Position numbers and translations under genes: made by a program
NCBI RefSeq assembly: GCF_006345805.1
Contig: NC_043010.1
Span: forward strand, 37,634,001-37,698,000
Direction of reading: 5' to 3'
Length of the DNA stretch: 64,000 bases
Origin: Octopus sinensis
Taxonomy: Eukaryota
Part shown: one piece after another, positions 50,926 to 64,000 of the stretch
Layout of the letters: the number at the start of each line of letters is the position of its first letter
Numbering within the stretch: the first letter of the stretch is position 1
The notes under the pieces: generated by a model
Databases searched by the model: none
What the model was told of the DNA's origin: nothing
What the model saw: only the letters and a program-made list of their open reading frames with translations

Positions 50926-52259
50926 AGAAGCTAAGCGAAACTAAGCTAAGCCAAGCTTAGCCAAGCGAAGCGAAGACAAGCGAAGCCAAGTCAAGCCATG
51001 CTCGCAGTCTTTTAAAAAAATTGTGAACCCTCTCGCACCCTAAGCTAAAATCGCACCCCTAGATCAACTAGGCAGTTTTGAAAGGGAAAATAATGTAGGA
51101 GTTCTATTGGACTTTTAATATTAAAAAAATATAAATTCAAGTTAAATTAACCAAGTGAAGCGATATCAGTTTCCCGTTTGTTTCATTTCCCTTTAAATCT
51201 ATCAATTTATCTTATATTATATGGCTTTGTGGTGAGTGGAGATCCTAAACTCCCTTGTTCGAAAATATAAGGTCACGATGTTTCCTGGCGCTAAATAACA
51301 ATAACATTCGTCCTAACCAGGACTGCCACATTATGTTGGCGAATAATCTTTAGTCAGTTGTGTGAATACACTCTAAGATACTTTTACAACTAGGTGTAAT
51401 AAACTAATCTGTTCCCTTAATGTTTAAAAAGATCATTCTAAATTTTAACGATACCAGAGTTATAGACATATCAAATTTCGCCACCACCCCCAATGTCCAT
51501 TACTTCGATATTTCATCTTCCCACACCAAAAGTATACTTTGAAAACGTATATCTAATACATGCATCTTCTGTTCGCTTCACCTAACTGTGTGGGAAGCAC
51601 TTAGAGTAAAGCTGTATAGGATTGTCAAACTTTAAATTTGAATGTGTTGCAACTGATTTAACATAGATCAATTAACTGCACGCATCTTCTGTATCAAAAG
51701 GCACAAATGCTCTTATACAACAGAAACACGTGTCGGAATGGATATGAAGAAAGTACTTAAAAAAAATAAATGAGGTTTAAATTCCATTGTGTTCTTTTTT
51801 TTATACTTACGCCGCATCTAGAACCAGCCATGATTGGATCTACGGCTTAAATTGGATTTGCTACTTCCATATCTACAGTATACTGCCAACACCTGATATT
51901 ACCTCATAGTGAACCTATGTTATTGCACCTAGCCATCTCTGGCGCACTACGTGTTGATGTGCCTAGATTCTATTGAATCCTACAACTAAGCATCTATGTG
52001 TGTGTGTGGTGTGTGTGTGTGTGCGTGTATTCAAAGTTGTGAGATGTTTAAGTAATCTAATCGAATTCAAGCGAGACACACATCAAAGACTGATTGCCAG
52101 AGTTTTTTACTGACTTCATTTGATGAATCATTTGTGTTGTATTTTGTAATGTTTTTGTTTCTATCATTTAATAACATTAACTAACTCAAAGAGACGCATA
52201 CATTAACGTATACAGTCACCGTAATTAAGACACACTTATAGGATACACACGCTCTTACA

Positions 52260-52280
52260 CACACTCTCAGTATATATGTA

Positions 52281-52346
<66 letters not shown>

Positions 52347-52477
52347 ATATATATTATATATATATCATATACATACATGTATATACATATAGATATATAC
52401 ATATATATATCACACATATATATATATAAAATACATATATATATATCATATATATATATATACACATATATATACAT

Positions 52478-52511
<34 letters not shown>

Positions 52512-52935
52512 CATATATATATATAAATATACATATATATACTATAATATATATATACATATATAATACATATATAATACATATACATACATATATACAT
52601 ATATGTACATATACATAGATACATATATATATATATACATATACATATCATATATATATACATACATATATACACACATACATATATATATATATATACA
52701 TATATATATACATATATATATACCACAACATATATATATACATATATAATATATATGTACATATATATATACACTCACACACACACACACATATATATAC
52801 ACATATATTTACATATATATATACATATATATATATATACACACATATATATACATATATGTATATATATACATATACATATATATATATATACATATAT
52901 ATACATATATACATTTACATATATATACATACACA

Positions 52936-52968
<33 letters not shown>

Positions 52969-53120
52969 TCATACATATACATATATATATATATATACAT
53001 ATATACATACACATATATACATATACATATATACATACACATATATACATATACATATATACATGTATGTATATACATGCATGTATATACATGCATACAC
53101 ATACACACTCATATATGAGC
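52260..53120. repeat. (TA)/(TACA) low-complexity tract
   Basis: Direct inspection. Confidence 0.95.
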
Positions 53121-53366
53121 ACTAATTTGTAGATCACGTTACATATTTTTGTGGGTTTGTGTGTGTGATATGTGGCATTGGCATGTGTGTGCGTGCACGC
53201 ATTGCGTCAACGCATATCTGTACACGTATACTTTTTGCTAACATACGTTGCTTTCCACTTTCCAATTGCTTTTTTGTGTAATATCTGATATTCTCAAGTA
53301 TACGCCTATACATACACAGAAATACACACGCACACACACATATATATGTATATATATATGTATGTT

Positions 53367-53404
<38 letters not shown>

Positions 53405-53824
53405 CGCCTGTTAAGTTCTTGTTCCATTTTTTGTTTATACATATATATATACACACAAATTCGCAATATTTGTTGATTAGGAATGCAACCAATAATTTCA
53501 TGTAAAGAGATGACTACAATTGTTCAAGCGAAGCACATGGAAATGTATTGGTACCATTCCCCGGAGACGTGGTAAATAATTGGTAAGATTTCCCTCGCAT
53601 GAACTCATTGGTTGCCATGTTAATCGACAAATAAAAAATATTCATTCCCCCTACCCAATGCGGAGTTGATCACTCGTTCTCACTGTTCGATTCTAGCTTT
53701 TACACACATACGCACCCCCACACATCCATATACTCAAATTATGATATTAAACTGGGCGCATGTCATCTATCGAGAACTAATACCGACGATGATATATGGA
53801 TGTATGAATTCATACATGTATCTG

Positions 53825-54960
53825 TCATAGTCGTCGGCGTCTTATCGAGTGTCCGATAATTTGGCTTCTTCTAGACCACTTCTTCCCTTCTGTCCGTGTT
53901 TATGCCTCTGGTGACTAATGAAGCCGATTCTTGCATGGAAGCGTCTGTTTCAAAGTTCATAAGGGATCCGTGGTGAAGGCTTTGGCTGTTGCCGCCTCCA
54001 TTTTCTTTCTTGTCGTTTCTCTTCTTCTTTCATCTATCGTTCTGCTTCAAAATGATCTGTCACAGTAGAAATGGAATGATGCCAGCGAGGCCTGATCTGA
54101 GCTTCAATATCCTAGGCTTCGGGATCGATTCCAATCAGTTTTAGGCTTTGCTTCAGCTGGTCCTTGTATCGACGGTGGGGACAACCACGGAGTCTTCTTC
54201 CGGTGGGAAGTTCACCATATAAAATTTGACGAGGCAGCCTGGTCTCTTTCATTTTTGCTACGTGGCCTGGCCATCTCAGACGATGTTTCAGGATTGTGGC
54301 CTCGATTCTGCTGCTTTTCGTTCTCTCCAAATCGGAGATATCGGTCACATAGACATTTGATATTCATAATAAAGCGGAGCTTCTTTCGGTTTTTTGACGT
54401 CACTTCGGTAAAGAGGCCAGGTTTCACAACCATAGAGGAAAGTGGAGATCACGACTGTTTGGTAGACACTTAATTTCGCTTGGTGATTCAGATCTTTGTT
54501 CTTAAAGACCCTTTCGCAAGTCCACCAAACGTGGTGTTAGCCACTCTTAATCGGTTCTCCACGCCCTTTTCCGATGTGCACTTGTTCGAAAGCAATCTTC
54601 CTAAGTATGAAAAGTAGTCGACTTTCTCCAGTGGCGTCCCAAGATGGTAATGTTACGGTCTGGAGTTTCCTGACTTAGAACGGGTTGTGCCAGGATTTTT
54701 ATCTTTTTGATGTTGACTTTAAGGCCGAACCGAGTGTAAGCATTGGTGAAGTTATTCACCGATTGTTGAAGCTGTTCACTGGAATGGCAGACCATTGCGT
54801 TGTCATCAATGATCTTTTGCTTCCTGGTCAGTCTTCGTGACTTTAATATGGCTAGGTTGAAACATCCTCCGTCATATCGGTACGTAATGTTGATTCCTGG
54901 ATTGTCCGAAGGCAGTTCATGAAACATTACAAGGAGAAGAGCGTCGGGGCCAAAACGCAT
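53825..54960 (-). mobile_element. RTE-clade LINE 3' fragment
   Basis: YRYDGGCFNL..L; DDNAMVCHS..LQ....F..AYTRFGLKVNIKK; LRWPGHVAKMKETRLPRQILYGEL...RRYKDQLK; RIGFISHQR. Confidence 0.9.
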
Positions 54961-55759
54961 CCTTGTTTTAATCCTCCCACGTAATATTGCGTTATAATAA
55001 TATACTGGAGCTTAACGATATATTAATAAACCTCTTCTTAATTTGTTGTGATATATTCTGTAGTACTTAAGTTTCAATTTAGTATGTAAAAATTGGTATT
55101 TTTTGGAAAGAATTTTAACTTGCAGTAACTGCAGGAAAATAAAAGAAAGAAAAATGAAAGCATCTGTAAACAAAATCCTGTCCAGAAGGACCATTACAAA
55201 ATGACAGAAAGATACTGGTTTTGCTCCTAAACGATAGACTAGGAAACTTCTGTTAACCAAGAAATAACAGTAAAAAGCCATTAAGGACAGACTAATTTTT
55301 TAACCTATGTATGGTAACTGATTTATTTTCGTTTCACGTAAACCTGTGTAGTGACGAATAAAGAATTAAGCTTTGTTGTGAAACTCCAGATCATATGTTT
55401 TGTCGCACCTGAAGAGGCGACGTCTTGAGTGCATCTCAGTAGCTGTGAAACAAGAAGATAGAATTATGGTACGGGGTATATGTTTACCCGAAGGTATTGG
55501 TGAGCTGATAGGGAGTAAACCAGTGGTTTTTAACCTAGAAACTCCCTTGGTACCTGTTTTACTCAGGTGGACCTTCAAAGCCATTCAGTGTTTGAAAATG
55601 TTATTAGAAATTGTATAAAAAAATTAAAATATTTTGTATATTGTAGTGGTATAACCAATTTATTGCATATAAACTATAGCAACAAAATCTTATATGGACC
55701 CCGCTAAAGATCAGGTGTAAACAATCAAATACTGTTTTAGAATATCTAAAAGTGTTAGA

Positions 55760-56010
55760 GAGGAGATTCTTTAGTCTGTAAGAATATTCTCAGGAAAAAT
55801 AAAAGCAAAGAAGTAATTTTTCAACAAAACAACGCATGGATTCATACTGCAATAGCGAAAAAGAGAAAAAAAATGGTTAGAAGAAAACATCCTGAAAATT
55901 ATGTTCTGATCAGAATAGAATAAAGACAGACACGAATTCCAAAGGGAATACTTGGGTATGCATTTGGCGCGAACTAGGTGGAAGAAACTTCGACAAACTT
56001 TGCGGAACAT
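55760..56010 (+). mobile_element. Tc1-like transposase remnant
   Basis: EVIFQQNNAWIHTA resembles FQQDNAPIHTA; heavily degraded. Confidence 0.45.
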
Positions 56011-56275
56011 TGAGAAGGTGTAAAACATGACCGGACAATATTCAAAATTCTTGGAGCAAACCACAATATGATAGTTTGTCCTGAGCACGAGGTAACTTGA
56101 TGTTCCTTCCATTCACAGACTTTTAATATGTACTAAAGTAGCTATTACCAAAAAGATGCATAAAATTGCTCTGGTTTATTTTTGTGTCCTGGAGTGTACA
56201 TATATTTGCATGCATGTATAAATGTGTGTATGTGTGTGCGTGTGAGTGTATGTGTATGTGAGTGTATGTGTGTGG

Positions 56276-56309
<34 letters not shown>

Positions 56310-56469
56310 CTCGTTGCTATTATGTTAAACTGCCGTATGTCCAAATTTGGCTCGCATTTAAATCTTGGGTGTATTAAATGATACATACATGCATAGACAC
56401 ACACACACATACACACACAGACACGCACACACATATATATATATAGATATGATATATATGTGTACAGTA

Positions 56470-56511
<42 letters not shown>

Positions 56512-56574
56512 TTGTTTGTTTTTGTTTTTCCAGTTTCAGCTCTTGAGCTGTGGCCATGCTGGGGCACCGCCATT

Positions 56575-56740
56575 GTGGTGAAAGAGTACAGCAGGGATCA
56601 CCACCCCCTGCCGGAGCCTCGTAGAGCTTTTAGGTGTTTTTTCGCTCAATAAACACACACACGCCCGGTCTGAGAATCGAAACCGCGATCCTGCGACCGC
56701 GAGTCCGCTGCCCTAACCACTAGGCCATTGCGCCTCCACA
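56575..56740 (-). mobile_element. SINE-C head/body, truncated
   Basis: Reverse complement of the SINE-C head. Confidence 0.85.
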
Positions 56741-56751
56741 TATATATATAT

Positions 56752-56840
<89 letters not shown>

Positions 56841-56918
56841 ACTATACACACACACACGCACAATAAATGTGTGTATTTGTGTGTACGCGTCTGTATATGT
56901 ATATCTCATATATATTTA

Positions 56919-57302
56919 TACTAGCAGTATCGCCCGGCGTTGCTCAGGTTTGTAAGGGAAATAACTATAAAACATTTTTAGAGAGTTATAGCCAAAAAAT
57001 AGCAAAAAAATGGAAAAAAAATTATGGTAAATTTTTTTGAGTTAAAAAAGGTGGAGTTGCGTCCCCTAGACGATCTGTGGTTTGGGTTTTTGATTCTTGA
57101 CCCCATGTCGAATTTATCGATTTTTTTCAGAACTGGGGGAATTTTTCAAAATTTTCGCTGTGTTAGTTTTGAATTATGACATTGGGCTATGTGTGTGTTA
57201 AGTTTCATCAGAATCGGTTGAAAGCCGTGGTCAGAGTGAGGGTACGAGAAAACAGACACACAGAAAACGCACAGACAAACTGCCGTTTATATAGAGAGAG
57301 AT
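56919..57302 (+). mobile_element. Non-autonomous Helentron-associated element (HINE/DINE-1/Lep1-like)
   Basis: 5' TACTAGCAGTATCGCCCGGCGTTGCT; 3' aagtttcatcagaatcggttga...acagacaaact...tttatatagagagagat; inserted in TA-rich DNA. Confidence 0.65.
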
Positions 57303-57539
57303 ACATGCAGTATGCATATAGATACACGCATGCACACGCGCGTGCACACACACACACGCGCGTGCACACACACACACGTACACTCCCGCACCCCTGTATG
57401 TAATTTAAATCGGCAATTACAGACTTTCAATATATTTTCTAGAATGTAAGAAATTAGAAGTTAATTGTGGCAATTATTCCAGCAGAAGAATACTTCGATT
57501 TCTAATTATTGCTAAGACCACACACGCATCCGTACCACC

Positions 57540-57817
57540 TCTATTTATGTATATATATATATATATATATATCTATATATATATATATGCATATAACTCA
57601 TGTGTATAGCAAGAAACATGTATATATAAATATATGCACGTATATAATTATATGCACGCATATGTTTGCATAGTTTTATGTTAGTTTTTATATGCACGTA
57701 CATGCACGTATATGTGCATATGCATATGCTTATGCGCAGTTGTACACATACACACAAACACATATATAACAAGAGACGCACAAGCACAAATATATATACA
57801 TATATATATATATTATA

Positions 57818-57850
<33 letters not shown>

Positions 57851-57853
57851 GTA

Positions 57854-57918
<65 letters not shown>

Positions 57919-58094
57919 ACATATATATATATATATACATATATATCTATTTATCTATATATATATATACATACAATATATATATATAATTGTTTACAAA
58001 TATATTTGTATATACATACATAATATTTAAATACACACACACTCACACACACATGCGTTGTTTATATTCAAACCTGTGTAAATATACATATCTA

Positions 58095-58180
<86 letters not shown>

Positions 58181-58306
58181 CCTTTCTTTCTACCTATCTC
58201 TATGTATACATGTATATCTACATGCAACAGATGTTTAAATATATATATATATATACATATATACATACATAGACACATACACAAACACATAAATATATAT
58301 ATATAC

Positions 58307-58348
<42 letters not shown>

Positions 58349-58430
58349 CACACATATATATATGTATACATATATATATATATGTATACATATATATATA
58401 TGTATACATATATATACACATATGTATAAA
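57540..58430. repeat. (TA)/(TCTG)/(TCTA) low-complexity tract
   Basis: Direct inspection. Confidence 0.9.
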
Positions 58431-58845
58431 TCATTATGTGAATGCTTAAGATGTATAAATGTCACATCACAATTTTAATATATTATCTAGTTGGAGCATC
58501 ATGCAAATGAGCAGGAAATGAGTGTGTTGTGTTTATCTCCCCCACCCTGCTTCTCCTGTCCACCCTCCTCCACCTCCCTCTTACTCTACTTACTCCATTA
58601 TCCCCTCTCTCCTATCCAACAACCTCCCCACACCCATGATGTCAATAATAAATAACCTTATCATGTTTTGATGTTTTCCTAATAATCTTCTGAATATATA
58701 TTTTCTTTGATCGCTGTTGTTGTTGTTGTTATTTTAGATGTTCTTGTTATTTATTCATGTCCAATCCAGTTTTGGTTTATATTTTTCTTATTAAATCATT
58801 TACGTCCTTTTTTATTATTATTAATATTGTTGCTGCTGTTTTTTC

Positions 58846-58883
<38 letters not shown>

Positions 58884-59089
58884 TGTTTGTGCATTGCTGT
58901 CGTTTCATTAATGATGTGCAGAGATGTTGGTAAATATTTATCGTAGAAACTTTGTTAACATCCAATAATGATATTGTAGGATGGTTGACGAGATCAAACC
59001 CAGCAGGATGTTTGTCCGTTTCAGTAATGAAATGATTGTATAAGCCTGATTCTGACGTACTGTTTGACAAACTGTCATACAAACAGGCT

Positions 59090-59870
59090 CCCATACTGTC
59101 GTACTGTAATAATGTCATACTATCTGAAGTCATACTGATGCATTAAGAGACTGTCAAATACTGTCATACTCACAGTCTGTCCAACAAACGGACTGTTATA
59201 CAGACAAAGTGTCATACTGTTGCATATGTCAAATTGTCAGACTGACATAACAGCGTAGTATCTTATTGTCATATTGACGTACTGACATACTGTCAAACCG
59301 ACAGACTGTTATTCAGACGGATTGTCATACTGTAACACAGACGGACTGTCATTCTGTCGTACTGTAATATTGTCGGACAGACATGCTGGCGTATTGTGAG
59401 ACTGTCACAGCAACGTAATGTCTTATTGTCATTCTGATGTACTGGCATACTCTCATACTGACGTACTGACGTACTGTCATATTGACAAACTACCATACAA
59501 ACGGGCAGTCACACTGTCATATATCCGGTCTCTCACATTGTCGTACTGTAATATTGTCATACCGCTGGACAGTCATACTTACGTGCTGACAGTCTGTTAT
59601 AGTGGTGTAATGTCATATTGCCATACTGGCGTATTGACAGACAGTTATACCGATATATTATCAAACTGACATATTGACATACTGCCACACTGACATACTG
59701 ATTAACTGTCATACTGATAGACTGTCATATTCACAGATTGTCATACTGACTACCATAATACTGTCATACTGACAAACTGTTATTGGTGTATTGTCATATT
59801 GACGGCCAGTTATACTGACGGCCAGTCATATTGATGGACTGTCGTATTGACGTACAGAGATGGCCATGTA
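59090..59870. repeat. Degenerate minisatellite built on ACTGTCATACTGAC
   Basis: Recurrent ctgtcatactgac variants; echo at ~60420-60500. Confidence 0.85.
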
Positions 59871-59942
59871 CTGAAAAACAATAAATGCTGAAGTACTGTT
59901 ACATTGACGTACTTTTATACTCATATTTACTCACTGTCCGAA

Positions 59943-60235
59943 ATGTGGAGGCGCAATGGCCCAGTGGTTAGAGCAGCGGACTCGCGGTCGGAGGATCGCA
60001 ATTTCGATTCCCAGACCGGGCGTTGTGTGTGTTTATTGAGCGAAAACACCTAAAGCTCCACGAAGCTCCGGCAGGGGGTGGTGGCGACCCCTGTTGTACT
60101 CTTTCGCCCCAACTTTCTCTCACTCTTTCTTCCTGTTTTTTGAGTAACGCTGCGATGGACTGGCGTCCCGTCCAACTGGGGGGGGGGGACATACGCCATA
60201 GAAACCTGGAAACCGGGCCCATGAGCCTGAAAAGG
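59943..60235 (+). mobile_element. SINE-C with V-domain-like tail
   Basis: gcgatggactggcgtcccgtcca resembles the V-SINE core. Confidence 0.85.
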
Positions 60236-60601
60236 GCGCATAAATAAATGAAGGTTTTGTCAATGCCATCAATTGTGTACTTGACTGGTACTTTATTTCA
60301 TCGACTCCTAGAGTATGAAAGGCAAAGTTGACCTTGGCGGTGTTTGAACACCGAACGTAAAGAGACGGAGGAAATACTGAGGCGCTTGCGATTCTGCCAG
60401 CTTGCTGCACTTGACGAACTACAATATTGTCATAGTGACACACGGTCATACTGATATACAGAAGTTTTATCACACGGACGTACTGTCATACTAACATACC
60501 TTCAGACCGTTGTACTCTCACGTGCACACACACAAACGCAAATATTCAAGAGCCATCTTATACAATTTGCACAAGGTTATAAATTATCGTTGAGTATAAG
60601 T

Positions 60602-60765
60602 AGGCGCAGGGGTGGCTGTGTGTTAAGAAGCTTGCTTTCCAACCACGTGGTTCCGGGTTCATTCCCATTGCATGACACTTTGGGCAAGTGTCTTCTACTA
60701 TAGCGTCAAGCTGACCAAAGCTTTGTGAGTGGATTTGGTTGATGGATCTGAAAGAAGCCCTTCAT
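60602..60765 (+). mobile_element. SINE-A 5' half, abutting the maT element
   Basis: Head through gaagccc, then tata|cagggtgc. Confidence 0.85.
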
Positions 60766-60772
60766 GTATATA

Positions 60773-61973
60773 CAGGGTGCGAGGAGTATTTGAGGACAGT
60801 TTTGGTATACAATAAAACAATTATATTCCAGCATAAATAAACATGTATTTGAATAAACTCTTGTGCAATTAGTCTTGATAATGATTTTTTATGCAAATTA
60901 TCCTATGAAACCGCCTTCGGCTTCGATGACTGCTTAAATGCGGGATCGAAACCGCTGGCATGCTGACACTATATAGATGAGGATGGCGATTAGTCTCCCT
61001 TTCATTAGTGCTCCACACATAGAAGTCCATGGTGTTCAAACCTGGCCAGTTTGGAGGCCACATATTGGGTGTTACATAATAGTAAAGATTGTCTGACAAC
61101 CATTCTTAGGTGACTAGGACCTAGTGAGACGATGCTGAGTCTTGTTTAACATGTATGGCCTTCCATTGCACATTTCATCAATCCAGGGCTTGATAACAGT
61201 TTCCAGTACCTCAATGTATCCAGCAGCATTAATTCTAAGACCTAGTGGAAAAAAGTGGGGAGGCATCACATGACCTTCGCTACTCACCACTCCTAAAATC
61301 ATCCCAGTTGCTTGAAATTAAGTGTGCATCTCTCTGGGTACTTCAGAAGGATCTGCACATAACCACCTGCCCTTTCTTCTGTTAGACTTTTGATTCTGGT
61401 CAAAGATTTTTCGCCAGAGAAAAACCAAAGTATGCCTTGTTCATAAGGGTTTTTCACTTTGTTAAGTAACCGTTTTGAACGGATGAAACGGTTTTCCTGT
61501 GTCTTTGCAGACTCGAATTGGCCTTTCCTCATTACATAGGACTTGTATCGAATGTCACGATGTATCACAGTTCTGACAGTCCACTCTGACACCCGAAGTT
61601 CTTTAGCAATGGACCTCATTGATTTTCTGGAGTTTTCATCGATAACATTTTGAACATATATAAATTCCGGTGTCCTTTTAGTGTCTGAGCATTGTGAATG
61701 TTTTCTCCTCTTTGATACAGGTAAAACATTCCCATCAGATGCCTCTAATTCCAACCAAACTTTGTGTACAAATGACCTTGCAACATTTAGAAAGCTGCTA
61801 ATTTCTAAATCACTGTGGTTTGCATGTATAGCATCTATGATTGGATGTCTTTACATTTCTTGAGTTAGCATGATATCTTGAAATAGTTATCTGAAAAAAA
61901 AAATGATACACTAAATAATTTGAAGGGGTAATGAACTAAAAAGGAAATGTCCTCAAATACTCTTCGTAGTATG
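60773..61973 (-). mobile_element. Tc1/mariner element of maT (DD37D)-like type, degraded
   Basis: Imperfect TIRs cagggtgcgaggagtatttgaggaca / tgtcctcaaatactcttcgtagtatg; WFFSGEK, GVVSSEGHVMPPHFF, WPPNWPGLNTMDFYVWS. Confidence 0.85.
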
Positions 61974-62076
61974 TCAGTATCACGTCACTATGTCAGTACG
62001 TAGATACACACACACAAACATACACAAACACACACGCACACACACACACACACACGCACACACACACACACACACA

Positions 62077-62119
<43 letters not shown>

Positions 62120-62139
62120 TACACACACACACACATATG

Positions 62140-62400
62140 TCGGGCCGGTCAAAGCCATGTGAGTGTATTTGGTAGACGGAAACTCAAAGAATCCTGTCGT
62201 ATATATATATGTATTTGTGTGTCTATATTTGTGCCCCCACCATCGTCAGGCAACCGATGTTGGTGTCTTTACGTCCCTGTAACTTAGCGGTTCGGCAAGA
62301 GACAGAATAAGTCCTGGGGTCGTCTTGTTCGACTAAAAATCCTTCAAGTTGGTGCTCCAGCATGGCCGCAGTCAAATGACTGAAACAAGTAAAAGGATAT
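62140..62400 (+). mobile_element. SINE-A partial (central domain and 3' body)
   Basis: gtcgggccggtcaaagcc...gtcaaatgactgaaacaagtaaaa. Confidence 0.85.
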
Positions 62401-62816
62401 AAGAATGAGTATAGTCGACTCCGAGTACATTACTGCTATCTGTTTAATAGAAACCCTCGGAACTCAACTCTCTATGACCGATCATGAAAATACAAGACAC
62501 TTGCACATATAAAAACCAGGTTTAAAATATTCACCGAAATACGTATTAATAAACACTACAAATTAACGCTTAAAACTAAATTTGAAATTACAAATTACAG
62601 ACTCACATTTATGATCACCCTTAAAATACACATTGATAATTTGAATTTCTGACCAATCTTAAAATATTTATTAGAAGTTCACTTTTAAGACGAAACCTTA
62701 CATTTTACATTACAGATTCACATTAACAATTAACCAACCTTAACATGCATTTAATCTTAAAATACACGACACATTTAAGTTTAATCTTATAATATACGTT
62801 AAGCTTTCACATTTAA

Positions 62817-63390
62817 CCCTTTCACTGCAATATCAAATTTCATGATTATTCCAGTAATAATGTTAAATATTTACCCCCCCCCCAACAAAAAAAAATAGAA
62901 TTGATATTTTCTGGGAGTCATGTTGCCTCAATAAACTCGACATATCTCAACAAAAAATAGTTTCCAACCTGAAATTCCCAACAAAAGCTAGATTGGTTTA
63001 TAAAACTGTTTTCTTCAGCTGTTTGTTCCTTCTCGAGTCATGCATGGCTCATAAGGGCCGGTTTCCCAGTTTCCCGGTTTCCATGGCGTATAGGTTCCCC
63101 ATCTGGACGGGACGCCGGTCCGTCGCAGGCGAGCTGTAAGATGCAGGAGGAAAGAGCGAGGGAAAGTTGTGGCGAAAGAGTCAGCAGAAGTTCGCCATTT
63201 CCTTCTGCCGGAGCCGCGTGGAACTTAGGTGTTTCGCTCATTAACACACACATCGCCCGGTCTGAGACTCGAACCCGCGATCCCTTGACCGCGAGTCCGC
63301 TGCTCTAACCACTAGGTCATGTGCCCCCACTTTTGCGGCTGAGGACAATACAATTCTGAGTGGATATATCTGATTTTTGCAGTAAAAGGT
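62817..63390. mobile_element. piggyBac-like MITE with nested SINE
   Basis: TTAA|CCCTTTCACTGCAA ... TTGCAGTAAAAGGT|TTAA. Confidence 0.6.
63028..63330 (-). mobile_element. SINE-C with V-domain-like tail, nested in the piggyBac-like MITE
   Basis: Homologous to 59943-60235. Confidence 0.85.
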
Positions 63391-64000
63391 TTAAGACTAA
63401 CCTTAAGATCAGTCGTAAAATATACATTTCAAATTTACATTGAAGGCGAATATTAGATCATGCTACAAATTCACATTTAAGTTAAACCTTAAAACTTTCA
63501 AACCAACATATCACGGATTGAGGTTTAAGACGAAACTTAAAATTACACATTGCAAACAAACATTTACGATTTTTAAGTACAAATTACAAATTTCTATTTA
63601 AAGCTATCCACATTACAATACACATTAGAAATTCCCATTTAAGATGAATCTTAAAATAGTCATTACAAACTTTCATTTAAGAATATCAAAATAAAGAATT
63701 TACATCGAAGAAAAAAAGACCTCATTTATTTCAGTAGATTTATGTTAAAAGTAATTTTATTTTTATTTTATTGAAAATATTAAATTCAGTTCACAGCTGC
63801 ATACACAGTTCTAAAACAAGATTATTAAAAAAATAGAGTTCCTGCGTTTATACTATTCCTGAAATCTTATTTAAAGGAAGGAGCCATTGTATGTTTCTAT
63901 TTGCTAATGAATATTGGTTTCTGGATCAATGTAATAAGTTTTAGGAAGAAGACTACGAAAACTGCACTGTACTCAAATGTTTTCGTTATTAGAAAACAAA

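Noticed and set aside
51790-51990. Minus-strand exon suggested by a GC|GTAAGT donor
   Set aside because: Stops in all frames from the plausible acceptors; no recognisable domain
52304-53137. Long overlapping ORFs
   Set aside because: (TA)/(TACA) tract

Overview
Eukaryotic, intron-rich, repeat-saturated animal DNA with one 100-N gap. The tRNA-SINE families, microsatellite load and mollusc-type lectin point to an octopod cephalopod (inference). One host gene can be reconstructed on the + strand: 4 coding exons (18943-19099, 27282-27497, 35532-35759, 38820-39142; all phase-1 GT-AG junctions), ~307 aa. It reads as signal peptide, two 4-Cys DUF3011/ADEL-lectin-like domains (one per exon), a basic/polar stalk and a GPI-like hydrophobic tail. 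The rest is mostly mobile DNA: ~20 copies of a tRNA-SINE with an internal microsatellite, three other SINE types, mariner/Tc1/maT elements and MITEs, a MULE with long TIRs, a Helentron RepHel fragment plus a HINE-like element, a piggyBac-like MITE, and RTE, CR1 and R4/Dong LINE fragments. Most unusual: a 269-bp near-perfect palindrome (7325-7593) carrying a Penelope-type minimal hammerhead-ribozyme fold with a swapped G3:C8 core pair, with a diverged copy at 36.6 kb; a 5-unit tandem SINE array with self-complementary junctions; and modular SINE head/tail shuffling supported by a target-site duplication (TSD). Almost all ORFs in the supplied track are microsatellite or SINE artefacts. Repeat boundaries are read by eye and approximate unless TIRs/TSDs are cited.
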